In this document: positions 52,101-62,182 of the stretch, one piece after another | How positions within the stretch are numbered: position 1 is the first letter of the stretch | Layout: each line of letters starts with the position of its first letter | From: Oopsacas minuta | Lineage: Eukaryota; Animalia; Porifera | NCBI GenBank assembly: GCA_024704765.1 | Contig: JAKMXF010000066.1 | Location: forward strand, 314,499-378,498 | DNA length: 64,000 bases | Reading direction: 5' to 3' | The notes under the pieces: model-generated | What the model was told of the DNA's origin: nothing | The model's input: only the letters and a program-made list of their open reading frames with translations | Databases searched by the model: none | Program-made: the position numbers and the translations under genes

Positions 52101-55100
52101 GGCGTCAAAAAGTAATTAAATACTCCTAGAGTATAAATAACGTGTAGAACACTGGTTATGTTTGTATTTGTAGATACATATCCATATAGTTAGTATTTGG
52201 ATATTGTAGAATTGTGTTACATTTTTGAAATAAAATATTTCAATTTGATCTATTAAACTAGACTACTAGTCGAATTGTTTTGACTAAAAATGGTCCTCTA
52301 TATGCGAATTAGATGTTATAAACCATGGATGGTAGATTTCGTGGTTTTAAGTTATATAGAAATTCCTCCCTAATCTCGCATCAAAAATCCTTGACAACAT
52401 CCAAGCATGTATAGTAACTAATCCGGGAAAATACCCAAACCAAAAACAGAGGAGTGCCTTATACAATAGAACAACATTCAAGCAGATATACGAAATCCAC
52501 CATCCATGGTTAATAACCATGTAGAGGAGGAAACAATTTTTGTCATATTATATAACAAATAATAAAATCATATGTATTGTACCATGGATATAACTGATAT
52601 CTGAATACTACATTTATTACTGACTAGAGAAAATATTCAAAAGTTACCAAGCGCAATCCATGAGAACTCATAAAACCTAAAATATATTAACTGTGGATAA
52701 GTGTGTAAACCAATTTCTTAATTCAACTTTAAATGAACGTCAAAAGATGCGAAAATATGATTAATCCTATGATAATTATAAATATTTGTAAATGTAGTGC
52801 TGGAAAAGATACATATGGACAAGTTGTAAATTCCTGGTTTTCTGCTACTGTAAGTGACAAAGTGAATAATAAATAATTTCAAAAAGTTTTCCATCAATTT
52901 TATAGAAAATGTCAATCACAATTACTCCAAACATAAGAACATGGGGAAGACAATGTATAGATGAACCGGCAATTACAAAGGACACGAACTCATAATTATA
53001 TATTACCATAGAAATATACGATGGCATAATTAATCCCATTTCTCGTTATAATATCTATAATTAGATGATATATTACTTAATCTGATATAAATAGAGATGC
53101 TAAGTATACATACAATACGATACACGTGTTGCTCTGCTTTATGGAAATGGAAACTAATATGATTAAAGGTAACTTGGCAGATTAACGTGAGTATTAATAG
53201 AATAACACCTTACTAGATTAAACATATATGAAGCGGCACAATATCTGAAGAGATGGCTGTGTGCACCGTGCACGAGTATATATATATAAGAAAAGAATGG
53301 AGATTGACATAAAGGCAAAAGTCAGAGATGGGAATAATGAACAGTAAGTTCAGTCGAATATCACCTGAAACAGTGGAGAAAGGAGATATCGTAGTAAACA
53401 AGGTTAAATATCCTCGTCAATACGCAGTGTATATCGGAGAAGGGAAAGTTATTGAGTATATACACAAAGGCAATAGTGTGGGAGAGATTATAACAAATAA
53501 CTTGAAGAGTTTCCACAAGAACGGAGTATTAAGAATTCGTGGAATTAGAATATTTAGACTTGAATACCCAGAGAGAGTAGACAGAGCTTACAATCTATTA
53601 ATCAATCCAACTCAGGAATGGAACATGTATAATCATAGGTTTATGAACAGTGAAACATTTGTACGATATTGTACTACAGGGATGTTGAATGATAGAACAA
53701 TACCTATGAGGAGGAGAATAGTTTGGAGTATAGCAGATAAGATTAATAATAGTATTAATGGGAGAGCGAGGAAAAGAATGGAGATTTGATTGTTTGACAA
53801 TAATTATGTATTCTGTAATGTAAAAAAATAATTTAATATGTAAATAAGTATACATGTGGGCAATTCTATTTTACTGATATAGGAACGTTCTTTCGTGTAT
53901 AAATTTGTTTTCATAGGAATGGGGACAACAACAATGCGTAAATACCAAGGGTCTAGTTTTAACAGGATTAGTTTTATGGAAATACTAAAGTCAAATACTT
54001 GACAATTGTCAAGTTATAGAGCATTATAGTATCTTTATTAGCCCTGCTGGTAAGTTGTAATTGAGTAGACAACTCTGATACCAAGGATGTTGTAAATCTA
54101 TCAATCGTAATGAAATCAAGACGGAATGTTTCTATTAACTATCCCTGGTCTATCTGTTACAACTTAAGCGATAAGAACACACACATATGGCACAAGGTGA
54201 GCGGTCCTACCGTCCTGGATCTCAAATATATTATATTATATTATACTATTCGGAATAGGGCAGTATTAAAAAGTCACTTACATATCGTTTCAAAACGACA
54301 AATAAAATATCTCAATACGTGGGTATTATATCCAAAGCTACCTGATTCCAATAACATTATGTTTTGTTGACCTAACCTGCTTGTGACCAAACGTGGTATT
54401 AACCAAATACGACATAGAATAATCAATGGAAAGAGACAGTGCATACTCAAATCTACTCACCGAGAAGAAGAAGGAGGAGGTACAAAGATTTTCAGATAAA
54501 TAAATCTGATATATACGTAACAATATTCCAAATTTAATAAAACAGGTCAATTGATACAATAGCTTACTTGGGTTGGCCCCATGTTCATAAGACTGAGCTC
54601 CTCCTGTCGTGTAAGGTCTGGATGCAGTATTACTCCCGTAGTAAGGGGAACTAACAGCTGTAGTAGTGGTTATGGTTGTGTCTCCATACGAGTAGCTGCT
54701 ATAGCTACCAGTCCCTGGTCGCTAAATTACAATACAAGTACACTGTTGTATAAACTGTATATACTACCTGAATATTTGAACATTGTCACATAAATGGATT
54801 ACGATCGTTCTGTATAATGAAGATATCAAAAATGACTTGATTTACTCCAGAAACAATGGAATTTGTAAATGCCTAACCAAAAGATGCGCTAATGACGTCA
54901 GATTACCACACATATATGCTACATACATACGAGTTACGTTGACAATACATAACATAGAATGAAGCAATATGTAAGATACCTGTGTAGCATATGAATCAGT
55001 GGTAGGCTGATATTGAGGAACTGAAGTAGGAGCAGTGGTAGAACGAGCAGTAGACTGAGTGTAGTTATAGTACTGATAAGGATCAGAAGTGTAGCTAGAG

Positions 55101-55971
55101 ATAGAATAGGATAATTGATAAACAAATTGGTAAAGACGTTTGATAATCTCACTTGTAAGTTGAATATGTAGCAGCTTGAGTAGGGTCAGTAGCTGGAGCT
55201 ACACTAGTAGAGGCAGCAGACACAGCAGCAACACCGCTAGCACTGGTAGAGTAACTACTGTATGGATTCTGATACTGAGGATAGCTATAGGATAGGATAA
55301 ATAAGTTTCAATTGACCTACAACATGCAAGTAAGAAGTAATAATCAGGTATATACCTAGAATAAGCAGCAGCAGTGCTCCCTGTAGACACAGAGGGAGTA
55401 GTTGTGGCTGTAGACTGACCAGTGAGAGAGTAGTTAACTCCGTACAGAGCCTGTGCTGCAGCCGCAGTAGAACTATCGTATAGAGCTAATGGAATAAATG
55501 TTGAAGTAAAGTGAGAGTATTTTATCATATGGCATGGAAATTTTAGAGACCATATATAACTACAGCATAATCTCCATAAACAGGGAAAATGCTATCTAGG
55601 GTCCTCGTTGCTGCCAAATTCCCCCTTCGCGGAGGTACATGTTCATTTGTATGGGCTAGGAGTTCGCTCTATTTATTTTTTCCACTCAGTTTCCAGAAAT
55701 TCCGTTTCCACAGGCCCCCGTAAGTGGAAGAATCACTAAAACTCAAAAACTTTGATATAAGAAATGTATGTCAAAATATAATTTTCATAAACGATAAATT
55801 ACTGCATCAAATCGACATGTATTTACCTGTTGGCGCAGGGGTAGCAGTACTGACAGCTAAAGAGGTAGAAGTACCCGTGGCGTCATAAGCAACACTAGCA
55901 ACACCTGGTATAGCGTAGGGGAGAGGTGGAGGCATCAGGTAGGGATAATACGAAGGATAGCTGTTTGTCAT
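40152..55971 (-). CDS. FET-family RNA-binding protein (FUS/EWS/TAF15 homolog; cabeza-like): SYGQ-rich low-complexity N-terminus, RGG, RRM, RGG, RanBP2 zinc finger, RGG, C-terminal PY-NLS; 15 exons, about 687 aa
   Basis: Minus-strand exons: 55971-55827 (ATG), 55485-55356, 55284-55153, 55094-54980, 54721-54568, 49303-49230, 49142-48879, 48820-48730, 48178-48131, 46055-45971, 45909-45821, 45563-45200 (RRM), 42458-42331 (ZnF), 41981-41796 and 40210-40152 (stop). Every junction has a GT donor and AG acceptor, and the codon phases chain without a break. Total coding length is 2064 nt. The N-terminus reads [19 protein letters not shown]... and is SY/G/Q/T-rich. The RRM reads [75 protein letters not shown]. 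The zinc finger reads [26 protein letters not shown]. The C-terminus reads ...[30 protein letters not shown]. Confidence 0.8.
42331..42458 (-). CDS. FET gene exon 13: RGG plus RanBP2-type zinc finger
   Basis: [42 protein letters not shown]; acceptor catttgctttag, donor A|GTAAGT. Confidence 0.8.
45200..45563 (-). CDS. FET gene exon 12: RRM plus RGG
   Basis: See the FET gene entry; acceptor ccattgtttag, donor GGAAG|GTGAGA. Confidence 0.8.
45603..45711. mobile_element. MITE family A copy in FET intron
   Basis: acagtcagctccccttatatcgaagc ... gttactttgactgt. Confidence 0.5.
46174..46350. mobile_element. MITE family A copy with perfect TIRs (acagtcaactccc / gggagttgactgt-like), in FET intron
   Basis: acagtcaactcccccaatatcgaacacggatatagcg ... 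cttcaatataacaggagttgactgta. Confidence 0.65.
46634..47977 (+). CDS. Secreted MACPF-domain (perforin-like) protein with Cys/His-rich C-terminal module; intronless; nested on the opposite strand in a FET intron
   Basis: True ATG at 46634 and signal peptide [24 protein letters not shown] signature [13 protein letters not shown] (consensus [YW]-G-[ST]-H-[FY]-x6-G-G). C-terminal [50 protein letters not shown]. Sits between FET exons 48178-48131 and 46055-45971. Confidence 0.7.
   Translation: MQTILLTIFVSLLVQRGYSDDTPPLGQGYFIPKHNLLGEQLLGGQTLLDMTADCWNCVRDEGTYQKTDVYTNTERFYRSLTSTTSLSPKLETDFTLGATLDITSNGISGGVRNLTGVSLNDYTTSLICFLKSVCLSKNKLNIDFQKDFEALNPSIKEPWLESNWVDYETFYNKYGSHFITEVAYGARFYEHAFSDARMSYTSRNLTVRACAALAGPAGIGILEIEACEGINKQEIDSVSSLAIYTLLVIRGGTAKTRAELYKNRTVAGIAKFMSEANATEMPIKYNFMPIWSLLQLRYLDTEHYSKARNLAAYYLGFGNYGCEYQPVINTSKFKVEYYQRFEYAPTSTDSIPTFQCVIAPQGCHADTDCHKHDIIRCSCHGDSCIRHFPNTLDTSVIKKVARPNYDIKWGAYGCGQHLLKCSCDNMDWGYSTVWQQDKDTDYPTIKS
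50720..51025 (+). CDS. Hypothetical small Lys/Glu-rich protein (101 aa), true ATG; inside large FET intron
   Basis: ORF with an ATG start; no recognisable domain. Confidence 0.25.
   Translation: MERFINKFVLKVSVKKYYQRLPSEDTPNELKKEQIQEMNTENIPTQTESKLTPPSSTKLFTLIKRGKIEREANRGKYTQLEANCNLSKEEMEEIYNNNFTD
51634..52119 (+). CDS. Hypothetical basic protein (first ATG at 51634; the track ORF from 51514 starts on GTG) with [11 protein letters not shown] tract and CKNCGGC motif; inside FET intron
   Basis: ORF only; no recognisable domain. Confidence 0.25.
   Translation: MPQLKPKSKKSKKKSKKTRNGKNKNWYKKLEGPSQFYSEKVFNTNSSSESDSDFEIDWGEERNEVSYELTLKSPTDDSVIVCSVPAKPTGKKYMKELIHCKNCGGCSLELGWEIQTEEGKFYVIDYHLIFTMEELLAIILTERIQKYARTRNVKKKASKSN
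53281..53292 (+). promoter_or_regulatory. TATA-like element (tatatatataag) about 40 bp upstream of the LRAT-like gene ATG
   Basis: Sequence motif only. Confidence 0.3.
53328..53789 (+). CDS. LRAT/H-rev107-like paralog, N-myristoylation motif MGIMNS, predicted catalytically dead (conserved His and Cys both replaced); nested in FET intron
   Basis: ATG at 53328. Aligns with the 1361-1810 protein: [19 protein letters not shown] versus GDILYRYLGG..LYHYGVYLG (His to Gln), and [12 protein letters not shown] versus NCEHFTSYCATG (Cys to Ser, His to Thr). Confidence 0.55.
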   Translation: MGIMNSKFSRISPETVEKGDIVVNKVKYPRQYAVYIGEGKVIEYIHKGNSVGEIITNNLKSFHKNGVLRIRGIRIFRLEYPERVDRAYNLLINPTQEWNMYNHRFMNSETFVRYCTTGMLNDRTIPMRRRIVWSIADKINNSINGRARKRMEI

Positions 55972-56296
55972 CTCTCAATGATGAAATTATATAAGTCACA
56001 ATATGCTAATTATAGAATTAAAATATAGTCAACTACATACGGATTATAATAGCTGAGGTTGCATAACAATACCAATGTTTTCAGTGTAGTCTATTGGCTC
56101 ATAACAACCATGATTAGTGTCAACCTGAGGAGAAAACTACACAATTCACGGAGTATGTAAATTTGTAAATAAATTATATTCTATATATAGTATACAAAGG
56201 TGATAATTATGTATTCAAATATTAAATCGTGAGTAGAATAATTTTACCCATAACTCTTATGGGTAAACCATTTGGTTTACTTACAAGTGTAATGGG

Positions 56297-58574
56297 TAAA
56301 ATTATCGCACAGTGCGGAGAAGATTACTTGGATAAAGACGAATAATCTCAATCCAGTGAATTCACAATTCTTATAAGAGCCAGTCACACAGTCAGGACTC
56401 TATGAATATACAGTAGTGCTTTGAATTGATATTGTTACCTTATAGCTTAGTATCATAGTCAGTCTACCCGGGCACTGATTAGTACAAACTAGACAAATTG
56501 CTACAAATTTTGCATACATACATTTGGAGCCTAGATTGCCTTAGAGTAGCCAATTCAATACCTACGTCTCCTTCGATACGATTGCTCAAGTTGAACTGAT
56601 CAATTCTTATTATACAACTAACTGGTGTAAATCCAAACGAGTGATTTAATTCTGTTAGTTTATTAAATGACTGATTATTGAATGTCAGCTTCTGATATGA
56701 AAAGGAGTGACATGTGATCTGTTCAGTGTTATTTCAATGAAATCGAAGCCATTTTCAAATTGTTTCTACTGGGGTACTAACTAGTACTCATTGGACGAAT
56801 TGCTACATTTTGCATCCTGCGATAATATGGTTGCCAAACAGCTCAATTCCTTTTATCCAACTTCAACAACTAATCTGTATGGACATGACTTTAGTGAGTT
56901 TAGATTCCTTGAATTTTATAGTTTATACGTAATTTATTTGAATGTTTTAATCCCAAATTGGATAATTAACTTTAATAATCACACATCTGAATTATCAAAT
57001 AGCCATTAGAATGGCATCAAACATACCATCCAATGAGATAGAACAGTTCGATGATATCTCTAAACAAATCCAAGAGAAATTCGACCTTCTCATCCGTCGA
57101 TTGATCGTAAGGAGAGATGGTCTCTTAGACAGACTATTACAACTCAAGGAGGATTATATCAACAAAGAAACAACTCGAATTTCATCCATAAAAGATCTAG
57201 AAAGAATACGAAAAGAAATAGAAGAAATGAGGAGTAGAGTAAATACCAATAATCAGATCCATGAACAAGCTGCTCAGTTATACGATAAGGGTCTTGAGGA
57301 TCTCAGAGTACCAACAAATCTACAAATCCCTGTATTCCATTATCCATCATTACAACAAATCAAATCACTAATTGATCAATTCGGGGAGATAGAGTTGGAG
57401 GTACCAAACCAGACTGAAAAGGAACCTAAGGTAACACCTCAAGCAAATCTGTGCTGGAAGAAGTCATTTCCATCATTAGTGGGGGGAAACAGCTGGAAGA
57501 TGGGGAATTCCCTTTCCGACTACGATACCCAGATGGAGAGCTGCATAAATGATGTTCCCAGGTGAATATAAATATGATGTATAATAATCCCTAATTGAAT
57601 TTTATTTTAGTGGTAACATAGAAATATTCATCAAAACTCTGACTGGTAAGATAATCACTCTTTATGTTAAGCCTACTGACACTATTGAAGTATTACGTGC
57701 TAACATCCGAGACAAGGAAGGGATCCCTTCCAACCAGCGGCTCATATTTGCTGGGGAACAGCTAAAAGATGAGAGAACCCTATCCGACTACAATATCAAG
57801 AACGGGAGTACACTCCATTTGCATGTAGTATTCCGGCTTAAGAATGGCATACAAATATTCATCAATACTCTGACTGGTAAGACAATAACTCTTTATGTTA
57901 AGCCTAGTGACACCATTGAAAACGTATGTTATCAAATTCAGGACAGGGAAGGGATCCCTCCCGACCAGCAACGCCTCATATTTAGAGGGAAACAGCTGGA
58001 AGATTGGAGAACACTATCCGACTACAATATCAATAACGGGAGTACACTCCATTTAGTACTCCGGCCTAAGAATGCCATGGAAATATTCATCAAAACTCTG
58101 ACTGGTAGGACTATCACCCTTGATGTTGGGCTTAGTGACACCATTGAAAACGTGCGTTATAAGATTCAGGACAAGGAAGGGATCCCTCCCGACCAGCAAC
58201 GCCTCATATTTGAAGGGAAACAGCTGGAAGATTGGAGAACACTATCCGACTACAATATCAATAACGGGAGTACACTCCATTTAGTACTCCGGCCTAAGAA
58301 TGCCATGGAAATATTCATCAAAACTCTGACTGGTAGGACTATCACCCTTGATGTTGGGCTTAGTGACACCATTGAAAACGTGCGTTATAAGATTCAGGAC
58401 AAGGAAGGGATCCCTCCCGACCAGCAACGCCTCATATTTGAAGGGAAACAGCTGGAAGATTGGAGAACACTATCCTACTACAATATCAATAACGGGAGTA
58501 CACTCCATTTAGAACTCCGGCTTAAGAATGGAGAAATAATTAGAAGATGGATGAACACTATTCTACCTAAATAG
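56297..58574. repeat. Segmental tandem duplication, copy 1 (upstream region plus fusion gene A)
   Basis: 56297-56660 is near-identical to 59150-59510, and 56905-58574 is homologous to 59910-61344. Confidence 0.75.
57011..58574 (+). CDS. Fusion gene A: TRIM-like coiled-coil N-terminal exon plus four tandem ubiquitin-like domains lacking the C-terminal Gly-Gly; join(57011..57561,57611..58574)
   Basis: Exon 1 runs from the ATG at 57011 to ...CINDVP, then CAG|GTGAAT donor (GT at 57562-63). The 49-bp intron ends ttttag (57609-10). Exon 2 restores the frame (AG+T=Ser) into [26 protein letters not shown]... The four 76-80-aa repeats are 70-80% identical to ubiquitin ([76 protein letters not shown] versus [76 protein letters not shown]). 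Their ends are RPKNA, RLKNG and FRLKNG, not LRGG. Confidence 0.75.
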
Positions 58575-58606
58575 GTAATACGAAGGATAGCTGTTAGTCA
58601 TCCCCC
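58575..58606 (-). pseudogene. Remnant copy of FET exon 1 start (ATGACTAACAGCTATCCTTCGTATTACC) abutting the stop codon of fusion gene A, marking the tandem-duplication junction
   Basis: 58575-58720 is about 85% identical to 55940-56090 (the FET 5' end and first-intron donor region), then diverges. Confidence 0.6.
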
Positions 58607-58971
58607 AACACAGATTAGTGTAATTATGCCACAATATGCTAATTATAGGAATGTAATATAGTCGTATACATAGAGATTATAATAGCTGAGGTTTCATAAT
58701 AATACATTGTTTCAGGGGCGGATACGCACAGGTTTAAGAGAATCACGGTGATAAATGAGTAAATGTGTTGGATACCCGTTGGGTGTGTTTCTCCCCTTTG
58801 CTATTCTATTGGACATCAAGTGCCACTATTTGACACCAACCAAATTTGTCTGACCAATAGGCTACTAATATATGTGATTATGACATCTCAGGGCACCGCC
58901 CTCCTCTGTATGTAACTCTGATTGATTATATATCAGCCATAATTGTCATTGGGGTCACAGCTAAAGTAACT

Positions 58972-59095
58972 AACCATTAGAATGGCATCAAAAATGGGAT
59001 AGAACAGTTCGATGATATCTCCTAACAAATCGACGAGAAATTCGACCTTCTCATCTGCCGATTGATCTTAAGGATACATGCTCTCTTAAGCCCGC
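58972..59095 (+). pseudogene. Degenerate fragment of the coiled-coil exon (ATGGCATCAAA..GATAGAACAGTTCGATGATATCTC..) with an internal deletion
   Basis: Aligns to 57004-57125 with a roughly 13-bp deletion and substitutions; no intact ORF. Confidence 0.6.
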
Positions 59096-59687
59096 CATAC
59101 ATACATTTTTCTATCGAGATGTTGATTGGTGCTGCTATAATTATACACACTGTGCGAAGAAGATTACTTGGATAAAGACGAATAATCTCAATTCAGTGAA
59201 TTCACAATTCTTATAAGAGCCAGTCACACAGTCAGGACTTCATGAATATAAAGTAGTGCTTTGGATTGATATTGTTACCTTATAGCTTAGTATCATAGTC
59301 AGTCTACCCGGGCACTGATTAGTACAAACTAGACAAATTGCTACAAATTTTGCATACATACATTTGGAGCCTAGATTGCCTTAGAGTAGCCAATTCAATA
59401 CCTACGTCTCCTTCGATACGATTGCTCAAGTTGAACTGATCAATTCTTATTATACAACTAACTGGTGTAAATCCAAACGAGTGATTTAATTCTGTTAGTT
59501 TATTAATTATAAGAATGTTGTTACAACAAATTTGGATAAAGTAACAAATAATAATATGTATTATACGTAGTTTGTTATTAACTTACAAGAAATCTGATAG
59601 GTCTATAGATCATCTATCGTCTATAACTATGTCTATCATGGGTCACAACTAAAGTAACTAACTAACAGACGAGGGCAATCTCTTTTT

Positions 59688-59856
59688 GGTACTCCAGGTA
59701 CTGACACCATTGAGATATTGAAGCAATATATCCATGATAAAGAAGGGATACCCCCAGACTACCAGTTAATTTCTTTTGCCAGTAAGCAGTTGGAGGATTT
59801 GGCTACCCTCTCCAAATACAAAATCCAGTATAGGAGCACTCTGAACATAGTTTATT
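59688..59856 (+). pseudogene. Degenerate ubiquitin-like fragment ([52 protein letters not shown])
   Basis: Recognisable Ub core (KEGIPPD..KQLED..L..Y.I...STL) but diverged and terminated; lies between the two fusion-gene copies. Confidence 0.55.
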
Positions 59857-60014
59857 AATAATATTTAGGAAACATGACTTCATATCCCTTGGATTATAAA
59901 ACCCTCGTTCTAACTATATTTATAGTTTATACATAAATTATTTGAATGTTTTAATCCCAAATTGGATAATTAACTTTAATAATCACACATCTGAATTATC
60001 AAATAGCCATTAGA

Positions 60015-61344
60015 ATGGCATCAAACATACCATCCAATGAGATAGAACAGTTCGATGATATCTCTAAACAAATCCAAGAGAAATTCGACCTTCTCATCCG
60101 TCGATTGATCGTAAGGAGAGATGGTCTCTTAGACAGACTATTACAACTCAAGGAGGATTATATCAACAAAGAAACAACTCGAATTTCATCCATAAAAGAT
60201 CTAGAAAGAGCACGAAAAGAAATAGAGGAATTGAGGAGTAGAGTAAATACCAATAATCAGATCCATGAACAAGCTGCTCAGTTATACGATAAGGGTCTTG
60301 AGGATCTCAGAGCACCAACAAATCTACAAATCCCTGCATTCCATTATCCATCATTACAACAAATCAAATCACTAATTGATCAATTCGGGGAGATAGAGTT
60401 GGAGGTGCCTAAGATAACACCTCAAGATAAGAGTAAATCTGTGCTGGATAAAGTCATATCCATCAATAGTGATAGGAAACAGCTGGAAGATGAGAGTACT
60501 CTACCTGTCTACGATACCCAGATGAAGAACTGCCTACATGTTGTTCCGAGGTGAATATACATATGATGTATAATAAAATTTGTCTATGGAGTATACATTT
60601 TTATAACTAATTATATTGTATTTCAGGGATAACATAAAAATATTCATCAAAACTCTGACTAGGACTATCACCCTTGATGTTGGGCTTAGTGACACCATTG
60701 AAAACGTGCGTTATAAGATTCAGGACAAGGAAGGGATCCCTCCCGACCAGCAACGCCTCATATTTGAAGGGAAACAGCTGGAAGATTGGAGAACACTATC
60801 CGACTACAATATCAAGACCGAGAGTACACTCCATTTAGTACTCCGGCACCGGGGTACCATGCGAATATTCATCAAACCTATAACTGGTAAGACTATCACT
60901 CTTGAGGTTGAGCCTAGTGACACCATTGCAAACGTGTGTGCTAAGATTCAGGACAAGGAAGGGATCCCTCCCGACCAGCAACGCCTCATATTTAGAGGGA
61001 AACAGCTGGAAGATTGGAGAACACTATCCGACTACAATATCAATAACGGGAGTACACTCCATTTAGTACTCCGGCCTAAGAATGCCATGCAAATATTCAT
61101 CAAACCTATAACTGGTAAGACTATCACTCTTGAGGTTGAGCCTAGTGACACCATTGCAAACGTGTGTGCTAAGATTCAGGTCAGGGAAGGGATCCCTCCC
61201 TACCAGCAACGCCTCATATTAGCAGGGAAACAGCTGGAAGATTGGAGAACACTATCCTGCTACAATATCAAGAAAGATTTTACACTCCATTTAATGGTCC
61301 GCCCTCGCTCAGAGCTAGAATTTGAAGAGAGCAATATGAATTAA
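60015..61344 (+). CDS. Fusion gene B (tandem paralog of A): coiled-coil exon plus three ubiquitin-like domains without Gly-Gly; join(60015..60550,60627..61344)
   Basis: ATG at 60015. The first 130 aa are almost identical to gene A. Donor CCGAG|GTGAAT (GT at 60551-52), acceptor tttcag at 60625-26, and AG+G=Arg restores the frame into [77 protein letters not shown] / [49 protein letters not shown]... Stop at 61342-44. The 95 bp upstream of both ATGs are identical. Confidence 0.7.
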
Positions 61345-62182
61345 ATATTGAAAATATATTTACTAATAAAACTGCTTTTTTGAAGTTATATTTGCTGTGA
61401 TTATAATTCTTTAATTTGTATGGAATTTTAATTATCGAATATTCTAGGGTTAAATAAGTAAGACCAGTTTGGATTGAGGTGTATCGAAATAGGCAGCTGC
61501 ACTATTTATACCTTGGAATCGCAGAATATTACGAGATCACTTGGCAAAAGTCGAGATATTTTGTTCCGTTCCCGGAGGCTTTTTCCCGCTGTAGGCCACT
61601 ACTAACAAGTTTTACTTGTAGTGTATACGAACCTACATACTAAATAGTAGCATAGCTGCATAATTTTCCATCAGTATTACTTAATTGACCTGTTTTCTTG
61701 AAATGTTAACTTTATGAATCCTTATTGGAGGCTTCAATATTGTCTATTGAATCCAGGTTCCATCAATATGTGCAACAGAACTTATCAAAATTGAGATTAT
61801 TTTCCCCCAATATATTGTCTCATATTCTTATCTGGTTAATGTTATTATGTAAATTGCAACAACGACTTTTTCATTGTTACAGTCTATTGGACTGATAACC
61901 TCAGCTGCATAACATTACGTCTATATGTCTGTCTACCTTACAAAAATTGCCTAATTTAATGAGTAACGCGGGTGTATTAGCCGTCCATTTTCTTGGAGTT
62001 ATAATAACAGACTTGTGAATCATATAGCCTCTAGTAGTACAATCAGAGTCTGTACTAAAAATATATATCTCACTGGTAATTTGAGAGTAATCATTATATG
62101 TTATGAATTCCTATAAATAAAGCTTCTATAGTAGGCTAAGCATCAATTCAAAAGAACAATCTAATATCTATTATCCAACGCA

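Larger units (their letters stand above)
59150..61344. repeat. Segmental tandem duplication, copy 2 (upstream region plus fusion gene B)
   Basis: See copy 1. Confidence 0.75.
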
